From Macrostomum lignano (taxonomy: Eukaryota), in the NCBI GenBank assembly GCA_002269645.1, contig NIVC01000983.1, forward strand, positions 1-64,000: a DNA stretch of 64,000 bases, written 5' to 3'. The position numbers were made by a program, and so were the translations under genes. Shown here in pieces: positions 1 to 11,800 of this stretch; positions within the stretch are counted from its first letter, which is position 1, and each line of letters starts with the position of its first letter. The notes under the pieces were generated by a model. That model was not told the DNA's origin. It saw only the letters and a program-made list of their open reading frames with translations, and ran no database searches.

Positions 1-870
1 ACTCTCCGGATCTCTTCTGTTGTCTCACCTTTACTCTCCGTCTGCTTCTGTTGTCTCACTTTACTCTCCGTCTCTTCTGTTGCTCACAACCTTTACTCTC
101 CGTCTCTTCTGTTGTCTCACTTTACTCTCCGTCTCTTCTGTGTCTCACCTTTACTCTCCGTCTCTTCTGTTGTCTCATATTTGCTCTCTGGATCTTCTGT
201 TGTCTCACCTTTACTCTCCGGATCTCTTCTGTTGTCTCACCTTTACTCTCCGTCTCTTCTGTTGTCTCACTTTACTCTCCGTCTCTTCTGTTGTCTCACC
301 TTTACTCTCCGTCTCTTCTGTTGTCTCACCTTTACTCTCCGTCTCTTCTGTTGTCTCACCTTTACTCTCCGTCTCTTCTGTTGTCTCACCTTTACTCCCG
401 TCTCTTCTGTTGTCTCACCTTTACTCTCCGGATCTCTTCTGTGTCTCATCTTTACTCTCTGGATCTTCTGTTGTCTCACCTTTACTCTCTCGCGATCTCT
501 TCTGTTGTCTCATCTTACTCTCTGATCTTCTCGTTGTCTCATGGACTCTCTGGATCTCTTCTGTTGTCTCACCTTTACTCTCCGTCTCTTCTGTTGTCTC
601 ACCTTTACTCTCCGGATCTCTTCTGTGGTCTCACCTTTACTCTCCGGATGCTCTTGTCTCACCTTTACTCTCCGTCTCTTCTGTTGTCTCACCTTTACTC
701 TCCGTCTCTTCTGTTGTCTCATCTTTACTCTCTGGATCTTCTCGTTGTCTCATGACTCTCTGGATCTCTTCTGTGGTCTCACCTTTACTCTCCGGATCTC
801 TTGTCTCACAACCTTTACTCTCCGTCTCTTCTGTTGTCTCACCTTTACTCTCCATCCCCTTTCTTGTATA
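1..870. repeat. 30-bp minisatellite (ACTCTCCGTCTCTTCTGTTGTCTCACCTTT), runs off window start
   Basis: About 28 imperfect units; source of spurious ORFs. Confidence 0.95.
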
Positions 871-1856
871 GTCTAATCTATAATTTACATCTCTTTTGTT
901 GTCTTGTCTCACCTATACTAATTTATCTACTTTGTCTCCTATAAAATATCAACTTCTCGTATTATCTATCACCTTTGCTTTTTGCAACCTTTTCTTATTT
1001 CCACCCAGTCTCTCGTTCTATAGTCAAAACGATTCGATGGCAAGTGGCAGCTGCGCGCTTCACCCACGCAGCAGCAAGCCAGGGCCGCTGAGCCCCGAGC
1101 TCAAACTCCAATTCCCAGTCACGCCACTCGCCAAGTGTTTGCTCAAATTGTGTCGCCACTCTGCCCCCCCCCCCCAACTGACGTTATCTGCCTCTGCAAT
1201 TGCGCCAGGGCTGCACCAAAAAAACCCCAATCGAACTCCACCTAGGGGCTCGTCTTGTCACCTTATTAACAATTCTGAGCTCCGGTTGAAGCTGCGCTCG
1301 CCCGGCGCGCACGCAGAAGACGGTTGTAGGGGGGGGCATAAATTTCAGCGTTCGGCGCCCCAATATGGCGCTGGCAGGTGCTCTTATCGGGCTCGCACAT
1401 ACTAAGAAATTGGCATTTCGCGCTGTTTGTTTCAGGTTGCACAGGCGGCCACAGGCGCACTCGGATAGTCGGTTGCCGCTCCGAGCTCGCACTCCGATTT
1501 CCAATTTCCGTGCTTCAGCAGGCTGACGCCAGCAGGGCAGGGGGAGGCGGTGGGGTAAATTAAACGTGCCGTTTTTGTTGATCTGTGTTGCCAGGGTGAG
1601 ATAACTAAAATCCTGAGTGGGGGGGATGAAGTTGAAGGCTTCGAGGACCTGTCATCTGACATGCAGCGAGCTTATTCGCAATGCACCTGTTTACTTGGAG
1701 TTCAGACAGATTTATTATAAAACATCAGGTGTTCCTTTAAGCCTGTTTAAAGTTCTCTTATTAAGAGAGACTTGTTGAGAGACAGCAGAAGTTGAGCCTT
1801 CTGAAATTGCATCATTACCTGACCCTCTTATTGGTTAAATTGTGTCATATTTCTGC

Positions 1857-2095
1857 TCATGAACTCACTCATGGACTCATGAGCTCACTCATGGACTCAT
1901 GAACTCACTTATGGGGTCATAAACTCACTCATGGGCTCATGAACTCACTCATGGACTCATGAGCTCACTCATGGGCTCATGAACTCACTTATGGGGTCAT
2001 AAACTCACTCGTGGACTCATGAACTCACTCATGACTTATAAACTCACTCATGAGCTCTCTCATGAACTCACTCTTAATTTCTTTCATAAACTCAC
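1857..2095. repeat. CATGAACTCACT-type minisatellite
   Basis: Reverse complement of the array at 4408-5098. Confidence 0.9.
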
Positions 2096-2602
2096 GGACT
2101 CACGCACAATCTCCCAAACGCCTTCGAATTAGCTATGTCTGTTGACATTATGGGTAGCATTGCTCTAGGTCGAGGGAAAGTTGATATTTGCAAGAAAAGT
2201 TCGGCCAAGGCTCGCTAGCTTTCCTACCTGCCTGGGTCATATTTTTCTGATTGTACATCAGCGCGCCGAGATGGATCGGACCGGACAGAATCCCTGATTA
2301 GACAGGCGGAGCTCTGGCCTAGCAAACAGACTGCTGGTTGGCCTAATCGACATCCGCGGTCTTTCCTCGGTTCGCCTGTCTGTCGGCTTTGCTCAATTCG
2401 TTATGGATTATGCATACATGCCGGTTTCAGTTAGGAGTCTTGGAATCCACCCGAGCTGGGGATGTCTAAGCAGTACTTGGACGGAGGCTTAATTACTGCT
2501 GGGATGCCAGCTACTTGGGAAAGAAATTATTTTATATAAGGGTACAGAGAGCTAAGTAAAGAGAAAGGAAGGCTAGGGAGGTGAAGGGTACATAGGAAGT
2601 TA

Positions 2603-2705
2603 AGGGTAGAAAGGCAGTTAAAAGGGTAAAAAAGCAGTTAAAAGGGTAGAAAAGCAGTTAAAAGGGTAGAAAGGCAGTTAAAAGGGTAGAAAAAGTTGAG
2701 GGTAG
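2603..2705. repeat. About 20-bp purine-rich repeat (AAGGGTAGAAAAGCAGTTAA)
   Basis: About 5 units. Confidence 0.8.
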
Positions 2706-2999
2706 AAAAGAAACGGAGGTAGAAAGTTCCTGTCCTGAATCAGAGTGCAGATGCATGCTTCTATTCCAATCCTACTCACTTCACAGGACTTCACAGGGAG
2801 CTTTTGCCGCAGCAAATGCGAGGCAGACAGGCAGTTTCCATCCATTAGCGACCTCTAGCATAAATCACTTCTCAGGGAAATTCTGCTTCTGGTAGAGAAT
2901 GTTAATCAGCTTCGAGAACGTGCCGAAAAGAAGCAGGAAAAGAAAAAGTTTTGACAACTCCCTAGAGGACCGGGATCTCATCTGCACCATGAGACTTGT

Positions 3000-3297
3000 G
3001 CTCAAAAAAATTTGAAAAACTGTTAGATAAATTCAGCTCCAGATCATGTTTTGTACTCAGTAGGTGTCTCAGTATGTCTGCAGCTTGAAGTCTCATGTCC
3101 CTCGACCACTTACTGCAGGTGTTGTTTACAAGTTTCAGTGCCCTGAGGATCAGAATATCTCTTGCATAGGGAAAACGAAGCGACACCTGTACACTAGGAT
3201 CAAGGAGTATTGGACTAAAAGATCAGCCTTCCAAGAACACCTGCTCACGTGTGACTCATGTTGTAGCAGCAAACCTCTCGACTTGTTTAAGATCCAG
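3000..3297 (+). pseudogene. Degenerate GIY-YIG fragment of a second, diverged Penelope family
   Basis: SQYVCSLKSHVPRPLTAGVVYKFQCPEDQNISCIGKTKRHLYTRIKEYWTKRSAFQEHLLTCDSCC aligns with GQYVSRLKSHVPLALAAGVVYKFSCSVDQNITYIGKTKRHLYTRVREHWLKRSAIQDHLLCCNSCC; stops upstream; 3' end replaced by a 15-bp array. Confidence 0.9.
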
Positions 3298-3805
3298 TAG
3301 CTAGATTTCCAGTTAGATTTCCTGTAGCTAGATTTCCTGTAGCTAGATTTCCTGTAGCTAGATTTCCTGTAGATAGATTTCCTGTAGATAGATTTCCTGT
3401 ACCTAGATTTCCTGCAGCTAGATTTCCTGTAGCTAGATTTCCTGTAGCTAGATTTCCTGTAGCTAGATTTCCTGTAGCTAGATTTCCTGTAGATAGATTT
3501 CCTGTACCTAGATTTCCTGCAGCTAGATTTCCTGTACCTAGATTTCCTGCAGTTAGATTTCCTGTAGCTAGATTTCCAGTAGCTAGATTTCCAGTAGTTA
3601 GATTTCCAGTTAGATTTCCTTTAGCTAGATTTTCAGTAGTTAGATTTCCTGTAGCTAGATTTCCTGTAGCTAGATTTCCTGTAGCTAGATTTCCTGTAGC
3701 TAGATTTCCAGTAGTTAGATTTCCAGTTAGATTTGCTGTAGCTAGATTTCCTGTAGCTAGATCTCCTGTAGCTAGATTTCTAGATTTCCTGTAGCTAGAT
3801 TTCCA
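3298..3805. repeat. 15-bp minisatellite (GCTAGATTTCCTGTA)
   Basis: About 33 units abutting the GIY-YIG fragment. Confidence 0.95.
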
Positions 3806-4016
3806 GCGCCCCATCTCCTGGGTAAAAAGCAATTCATTCAATCCAATGCACCAAGGCAGATCGAACTCCTCCAACAGGAAGCAGTTCCGCCATTGGCTGG
3901 CTGCATTCCCACTCCGTCCAGAGCCGCAAAACTGCGGTAGATAAGCTGCCGCTCTGTGGCAGAAAGAGCTTCGCTCCCAAACGACTTCCTCCACAGCTGA
4001 TCTGCCGGCTACCGAA

Positions 4017-7000
4017 ATGTTTCTCTTCATCCGCGACAACCATTGCCGTTTCGACGAGTTCAACTTGACTCGCCTGCTGCACGACGACGACTACCAGGAC
4101 CTGGAGCGTCGGATGCTGGCCTGCATCTGCCCCATTAGCTTGCTGGCTCTGTGCGCCAACGCTCTGAGCCTGTTTGTGTTCCTGCGGCAGCGCTGGGACA
4201 ACCGGGCCATCCGCCTCGTGCTGGTCAGCGTCTCCGTCTGGGAGGTGATGCTCCAGTCCGCCATCCTGCTGGAGGCCGTGCTGGTGTTCAGCGGAGTCAA
4301 GCACAGCCATAGTCCAGCCAGCTATGCGATCACCTCGCTGCTGCAGGTGCGTCTTGAGCACTGTGTACTCAACTAACTAATCATTAGCTGGGAGTGAGTT
4401 TGTGCACTACTTGAGTTCATGATTGGGTTTATTAGTGAGTTCATAAGTGAGTTCATGATTGAGTTCATGAGTGGGTTCATGAGTGAGTTCATGATTGAGA
4501 TTATGAGTGAGTTCATGAGTGAGTTTAAAAGTAAGTTCATAAGTGAGTTCATGAGTGAGTTCATGATTGAGTTCATGAGTGAGTTCATGATCGAGTTCAT
4601 GAGTGAGTCCATGGGTGAGTTCATGAGTGAGTTCATGATTGAGTTCATTTGTGAGTTCATGGGTGAGTTCATGAGTGAGTTCATGATTGAGTTCATGATT
4701 GAGTTCATGAGTGAGTTCATGATTGAGTTCATGATTGAGTTCATGAGTGAGTTCATGATTGAGTTCATGAGTGAGTTCATGATCGAGTTCATGAGTGAGT
4801 CCATGGGTGAGTTCATGAGTGAGTTCATGATCGAGTTCATGAGTGAGTCCATGGGTGATTTCATGAGCGAGTTCATGATTGAGTTCATGAGTGAGTTCAT
4901 GGGTGAGTTCAAAAGTAAGTTCATAAGTGAGTTCATGAGTGAGTTCATGATTGAGTTCATGAGTGAGTCCATGGGTGAGTTCATGAGTGAGTTCATGAGT
5001 GAGTTCATGAGTGAGTTCATGAGTGAGTTCATGAGTGAGTTCATGATTGAGTTCATAACTAAGTTCATGAGGGAGTTCATGAGTGAGTTCATAGCTGAGT
5101 ACATCAGCTCGCTCTCATCGCCGCTGCCCCGCCCGCAGGTGTGCATCAACGCAGCCACGGCGGTCCGCAACTGGAACATGGTGGTGCTGAGCCTGTCCCG
5201 CTGCGAGCTGGTCTGGTACCCGATCCCGTCCCGCGGCCAGCAGCTCATCTTCACCATGCGCCGGCTCAAGCTGCTTCTGGGCCTCATCGTGGCAGCCGGC
5301 CTCGTCCTCGGCTGCCTTGCCCGCCTCGAATACATCGGCGTGGTCTGCGAGAACATCAGCGACCCAGAGATGGGCTCCGTGGTGATGCGCCCTCTGCTCA
5401 GCGGAGTTCAGCTGCACCAGCCGCCGCCTCCGTCGCCGTCCGCGCCGCCCGCGGTCCTGAGCGGCGATTCCAACCTGTCTGGCGGCAATTTCAGCCAGCA
5501 GTCTCTGCTGCTAGAAGCGGCAACAGCTGAGCCGATCGGCGCCCCCGGCCTGCCGTCCATCGCCTTTTACACCTTCCAGTCGCTGCTGCCGCCGCTAATC
5601 ATCCCCTTCCCCACCGTGCTGATGCTGCTGAAGCTTCGGCGAGCCCGGCAGGTGACCAGAATCCTGCAACTGTCGAGGAGCTCCAATTTTCAACTGCCCG
5701 GCTCGAGGGCCGACCTGCGGCTGCTGATGCGGAGAGGGACTTCCGAGCAGCAGCCCCAGCAGCCAGCCAGGTAAGAGATTGCCCTGCTGACTTTCACGGT
5801 TTCTGAGTTACCGCAGACTCAAATCCCAGAAGACTCAAATTCCAGTAGACTCAAATCCCAGTAGACTCGAATCCCAGTAGACTCAAATCCCAGTAGACTC
5901 AGATCCCAGTAGACTCAAATTCCAGTAGACTCAAATTCCAGTAGACTCAAATTCCAGTAGACTCAAAATCCCAGTAGACTCAAATTCCAGTAGACTCAAA
6001 TCCCAGTAGACTCGAATCCCAGTAGACTTGAATCCCAGTAGACTCAAATCTCATGCAGTAGACTCAAATCCCAGAAGACACAAATCCCAGTAGACGCAAT
6101 TCCAAGTAGATTGAAATCCCATGCAGTAGACTCAATTCCCAGTAGACTCAAATCCCAGTAGACTCAATTCCCAGTAGATTCAAATCCCATGCAGTAGACT
6201 CAAATCCCAGTAGACTCAAATCTCATGCAGTAGACTCAAATCCCAGTAGACTCAAATCTCATGCAGTAGACTCAAATCCCAGTAGACTCAAATCCCAGTA
6301 GACTCAAATCTCATGCAGTAGACTCAAATCCCAGTAGACTCAAATCCCTTAGATCCCGACTCGAAAAGGATTCGATTCCATGAAATATCTCATGAGCTCG
6401 CATCCTCAACTGGCAGATCTCACTCGCTGCGCAGTCAGCAGCAGCAGCCCACCGAGAGGCTCTCGTCGTCGCAGTCGAGCTCGTACGCGGCGCAGCAATA
6501 TCGAACCTCCGTGTTGGTGCTGGCCCTGGTGTTAATATTCTGCCTGCTCGAGTCGCCAACCTTTCTGAGCACGCTGTCTCACTACCTGCTGCCCACGCTT
6601 GACCTGCTGGGCCACAATACCATCTTCATTGTCAACATCCTGACCGTGATGGACTCGCTGCTCAACTTCTTTGTTTACGCCGCCGCGAGCTCAACATTCC
6701 GTCAGGTTTGTTAGCTGCCGACGTTCCAGATCCCAAAGTCCCGAATCCCTAAGTCCCAAATCCCAAAGTCCCGAATCCCAAAGTCCCAAATCCCAAAGTC
6801 CCGAATCCCTAAGTCCCAAATCCCAAAGTTCTTAGATCCTAGCCGCTAGGCCAGACCCTATTTAAACCTCCAACCCCGGTGCCTCCTCCCCAGGAGACCA
6901 AGAAGGCTCTGCTGTGCCGGCCGTCCCCGCCGCCGGCGCACTTCATCCTGCGTACGCCGAAGAACTCAACCGTAACGCCGCCCAACATGGCCGGCCTGCA

Positions 7001-7208
7001 GTTGAACAGCTGCTCCGCCGCGAACGCCGCCGCCGCCGCCGCGGCTGCCACCAACGTCCGCCGACGCTCGCTGTTGCACCCGCCGCCGCCATCGCCGTCC
7101 ATCTCGGCTGCCTCATCGTCGGCGCATTCGATGCAGCAACAGCAGCCGCAGCAGCAGCAGCAGCCGCAGACTAGCGTCAGCTGGGATGCCTGCATAGTAA
7201 TCGTGTAG
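4017..7208 (+). CDS. Orphan rhodopsin-family (class A) GPCR, peptide/FMRFamide-receptor-like, 4 exons, about 521 aa
   Basis: Exons 4017-4346, 5139-5770, 6417-6705, 6894-7208, all with GT-AG boundaries and matching phases (0,2,0); total 1566 nt. Seven hydrophobic segments; TM1 ..ALCANALSLFVF, TM3 end LSLSRCELVWYP (DRY position = SRC), TM6 LVLIFCLLESP, TM7 MDSLLNFFVY then helix 8 STFRQ. AATAAA at 7265-7270. Exon 4 joining is inferred; read-through would instead stop at 6714. Confidence 0.85.
4408..5098. repeat. 12-bp-based minisatellite (GAGTTCATGAGT) in GPCR intron 1
   Basis: Translates as EFMS/EFMI repeats; intronic. Confidence 0.95.
5813..6347. repeat. About 17-bp minisatellite (CCCAGTAGACTCAAAT) in GPCR intron 2
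   Basis: Direct inspection. Confidence 0.93.
6728..6830. repeat. 15-bp repeat (CCCAAAGTCCCGAAT) in putative GPCR intron 3
   Basis: Direct inspection; its presence supports the intron call. Confidence 0.85.
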
Positions 7209-7729
7209 AACTCGCCCAGCAACTGTTGCAGATGAGGCTCCGTGTGAAACATGAAAAAAGTGTAAATAAAACCTGCTAAGACTCGGTTAAAAATGAATAT
7301 GAAAGCTCTGATTGTTGTCTCTGGTTTGTTTGTGCATGCCGCTTTAAATTAACCAGCTGTTGTCGTGTGCTCCCATTCGCTGTTTTTTTGAAGCTTTTCG
7401 ATTTAAGAATTTATTAGATCAGTGTATAAAAATATATTTTAGCAAGGATTTTTTGTTGGATTATTTTATTAAGTAAATATGCACTACTTATTACTGTTAC
7501 GTTCGTACTATCAGTAGTTGCCTCAGAGAATTGCACCTTGTAAAAAATTTCTAACTAGTCAGCAAGCGGCTTTTACTATGCAAAATTAAAATATATTTTA
7601 TTTTGAAATTAGTGACTGATTACGAGCTGTATCCACCTTCCGGACAATAAATTTGTAATAGCATTTGTCACTGTTTTTTGTAAGTGACCCGAGTTTCTTG
7701 GTAAGCCATGCGCATTCACCGAAGATTCA

Positions 7730-7990
7730 CGCAAGCCCATTCACACATGCCCATGATTCTTGGAAATTCATTCACATTCACTCAAGATTCTAGGAAACCC
7801 ATTCACATTCACTCAAGATTCTAGGAAGCTCATGCACATTCACTCAAGATTCTAGGAAGTCCATGCATTCACATTTACCCAATATTCTAGGAAACCCATT
7901 CACATTCTCTCAAGATTCTAGGAAACCCATTCAAATTCACCCAATATTCTAGGAAACCCATTCAGTTTCGCCCACGATTCTAGGAAACCT
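7730..7990. repeat. About 32-bp repeat (CTAGGAAACCCATTCACATTCACTCAAGATT)
   Basis: About 8 degenerate units, intergenic. Confidence 0.85.
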
Positions 7991-8720
7991 ACGTTAGTCA
8001 AGAGCTCTGGCCATGCTATCTTTAATCTCCGGCTGGGTCTCATGCCATCACATTTTCATCTGTGATGTCTTTCCCCATGCTAGGCAGCTGTGCTCAATCT
8101 AGAGCTGCTTACACCATCATTAGGCTGGCTCACTCTTGCGGAATGAAAAGTGAAGCAAAGCGACACAATAGCAGAACATTTCCCAGGCTATAATAAGTCA
8201 GCTCAGAACAGAACTTTTTAGGAGAGGACGAAAGTTCAAGTGCCCGACTGCAGTGTCAGCAGCAGCAGTGGCGGCTGTTTCCCTTCCTCTCTCCTGTTGT
8301 TCTCAGCTCTGAGCCACCGCTACCGCCATATCAGCCAGTGCTTCCCCATTCACCCCTGGGCTATGTACACTGCGCCGGGCTGCTCAAACATTCAAACACT
8401 GTGCATGAGCACGCTTCCCCAGAGCCATAAGCTGAGAGCCAAGTGTGTGTTTGTAGAATAGAAAAGCAGTTTTTATATTCATAAATTGAGCTATGAGAAT
8501 GATTGTCCTACGTGGATCGATTATGAATGCATGGCCGATGTCGCAACCCAAAGCCAGTTAGAATCGCATAGGGAAACTGTCAACAAATCAAAAGCATGCT
8601 CATCATTTTACAAGCTATAGTCGGTGCATAAATTAGGATTTCAGACGGGCACAGATTAGTTCCCAATTCAAGAATCCATAAGTCCCTGGTAGAGTTTTGA
8701 GCTGAAGAAGACAGTGGGCG

Positions 8721-8758
8721 CACGTGCGAGTGCAGTGGATTGGCTGTTCTAAAAATAG
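8721..8758 (+). promoter_or_regulatory. E-box CACGTG, inverted CCAAT and MEF2 site CTAAAAATAG upstream of the KChIP-like gene
   Basis: CACGTG 8721-8726, ATTGG 8739-8743, CTAAAAATAG 8749-8758, about 140 nt before the ATG. Confidence 0.4.
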
Positions 8759-8895
8759 CTCTTCAAGACGGGTTGGCCCCTGCCCAGAAAAGCGGCTTGC
8801 AGAGAGCTGAGCTGCTGGAAAGGCGTGACGGGCAGACAGACTGACAGACTTAGAGCTGACGATTTGCGATTTGCGCTGACAGATTCAAAGCCGAC

Positions 8896-11800
8896 ATGCT
8901 GGGCCAGCAGCGAAGGCAGCAGCGGTCGGGAGCGATCTCGCTGCCCGCCGCCAGTTCGCAGACTCGCTTTCAACGCTTCATCCGGCGATTCTACGCTGCT
9001 CCGGGCAGCTTGATTGGGCAGGTGCGACGCAAATCCATGGCGGTGCTCAGCCCGCAGACTGCCGCGGCTGCAGCGGCTGCCGCCGCTGCTACAACGACTT
9101 CGGCCACATCGCCGAATTCAACAGCGGCTGGAGCTGGTGACACCTGCGGCAGCCAGGCGGATCTGGCCAGCATGATGCTGATGAAGCGGCCGCAGCCGGC
9201 CAGCCTGCAGTCTCTGCTGAGGAAAACTCGATTTACCAGCGTCGAGCTCAAAGTCATTTATCGACGCTTCAAGACAGAGTGTCCTTACGGTAGGGCTGGG
9301 GCGGAGCTTTTACCTGGATCTGCTCTATTTTGTTTTGCTTGAGCAATGTCACCCCAAAGAGATTGACGTGGCGGCTTATCAAAGAGATTTGGGTGGCGGT
9401 TCATCAAAGAGATTGGGGTGGCGGCTCATCAAAGAGATTGGGGTGGCGGCAGCTTATCAAAGAGTGGGTTGGTGGCTCATCAAAGAGATTGGAGAGGTGG
9501 CTTATCAAAAGAGATTAGGGTGGCGGTTCATCAAAGAGATTAGCGTGGCGGCTTATCAAAGAGATTTGGGTGGCGGTTCATCAAAGAGATTGGCATGGCG
9601 GCTCATCAAAGAGATTGGAGTGGCGGCAGCTTATCAAAGAGTGGGTTGGCGGATCATCAAAGAGATTGGGGTGGCGGCGGCTCATAAAAGGCCCTGTGCA
9701 ACAATGGCAGCTAATGAGGAAATCAGTATTGAAATTTATTGGCAGTAAAGTCAAGGCCTTGTAGTTGATGGCAATTGGCAAGCTATAAGTAGTTAATCAA
9801 GCAAAAAAGGCTTTGAATTGAAGATCTATTATCGGGTCATTTTGTCATAAAAAGTGGCATAAATTGCAGCGCAAAGATAGAACACTTAACTTAATCAGCG
9901 AATATCACTGGAGAACCGGAGTTTAATATTAATAGTGCAAATCGTCAGTGTAATAAAGCTGGCAGTAAAAGTCTGCTGGCTTTTGGCTATGAATTATGCA
10001 TGTATTGCCGCATTTTTATGCCTCTTGCCTCGCCAGCCGTGGCTCTAGTGGCATAGAATGGCCCTTGCCAGGGAGCTAGTGAAAATCTCCAATGCCATGC
10101 ACCAGGAGACTCACAAAGCATTGAGCTGATCAAGAGAATGAAACAGATAATGGAAAACAAAAAATGGTAATGAATGCGTTAGAATTAACTTGCATGGTGA
10201 GACAGAAGTCTTCCTACCTCAGGCCTGCACTGCAGCAGCACTATATTGACATTCTTGCATTATTGAAGGCAGTCATTCTCTCCCCTAACCAGTGTTCCAC
10301 TCTGGCTAACCATGTACAGTTGCTCCACACCAGTAGCGCAACCAGAAAATTTTTTAGGGGGGGGGATTCTGGAGAGTAAAGACCCAAGGGGGCGGAGGGG
10401 GTGGCTCTGTATTTTGGCAAAAATTCGCTTGGTCCCCCCTTTGATTTTTTCAGGTCTCCGCCTAAGGGGGGGAGTCAGTGCTCCACACACCCCTTGCTTT
10501 TTCTTGCTTTCCACTAAAATGTACATTTCCTGCACGCCAATTAAGTTCCCCCCTCTCTCTCTCCACTGAATGTACATTTCCTGCACGCCAATTAAGTTCC
10601 CCCCTCTCTCTCTCCACTGAATGTACATTTACTGCACGCCAATTAAGTTCCCCCCTCTCTCTCTCCACTGAATGTACATTTCCTGCACGCCAATTAAGTT
10701 CCCTCCTCTCTCTCTCTCCACTGAATGTACATTTACTGCACGCCAATCAAGTTCCCCCCTCTCTCTCTCCACTGAATGTACATTTCCTGCACGCCAATTA
10801 AGTTCCCCCCTCTCTCTCTCCACTGAATGTACATTTACTGCACGCCAATCAAGTTCCCCCTCTCTCTCTTCACAGGATGTACATTTACTGCAGCACGCCA
10901 AACAAGTACCTCGCTCTCCCCACTGCATACCAGCATACATACCCTTCCTTATGCCTAATGAATCAAAACTTACTCCATGCCGCTTTGCTTCCTTATCGAC
11001 TCAAGTTCTCGAAATTCCCAGCCAGTCTGTTGCCCTTCACAAGTGCACTGAAGTAGCTGCTTAGTCTATAGCCCAATCAAGCCAAATCAATCTTCTGAAG
11101 CATTATCAATGCTATTGACGCAGAAGTCTTTGCATAGTTGGCGAGATTTTCTTAAGAAAACTGCAGCTCTCTCAGCATTAGCAGCACTCAGACAATCGAT
11201 GACGCTGAGAAGCTACTTTAGCTACTGCTGTCAAGATCTCTACAACATAGGATAGGAGAAAGCCGTCAATCGATTGAGGGTCTCACATGGAGCAGAATTG
11301 CTCAAGAGTCCAGTCTACGTATCGATGAATGGTTGCTGGATTAGTAAAAGGGGCCCAGCAACTCACTAAAACCCAGCTTTTAAACCTGCTGCTTGCTGCT
11401 CCGCAGAAATAAGCACTATTCCTTAGCCGTCTTAAGTCTTTCTTGACTATCCACGCAGTCAGAGCTCTGAGCGAAAGCGCCCTCTCTGCCCTCCGGCTCA
11501 ACGAAAAAGAAGAGAGTTGCCATCGCCCCAGCCCACTTGTTCAGGGCTTTTCTCTCAATTAACATTCCCAGGGCACTTCATTGCCTGCTGAGACCTTCAG
11601 AACTGCGCTTCCGGGATTCTTAGGCCAGGCGTGGTGTAGCGTTGTGCATACCTGACCCAGCGGGGCCACTTCTGTATTATTCATGTCCTGGGCTTGGGAT
11701 CCGAAAGGCCCCCTCAACTATTGCACCGAATTGCTATCTCGGTGGCTTGCCCAGCTGGAGAGATACCTGCCGGTGCTTTTGGCTCTTTACCTTCAGTAGA

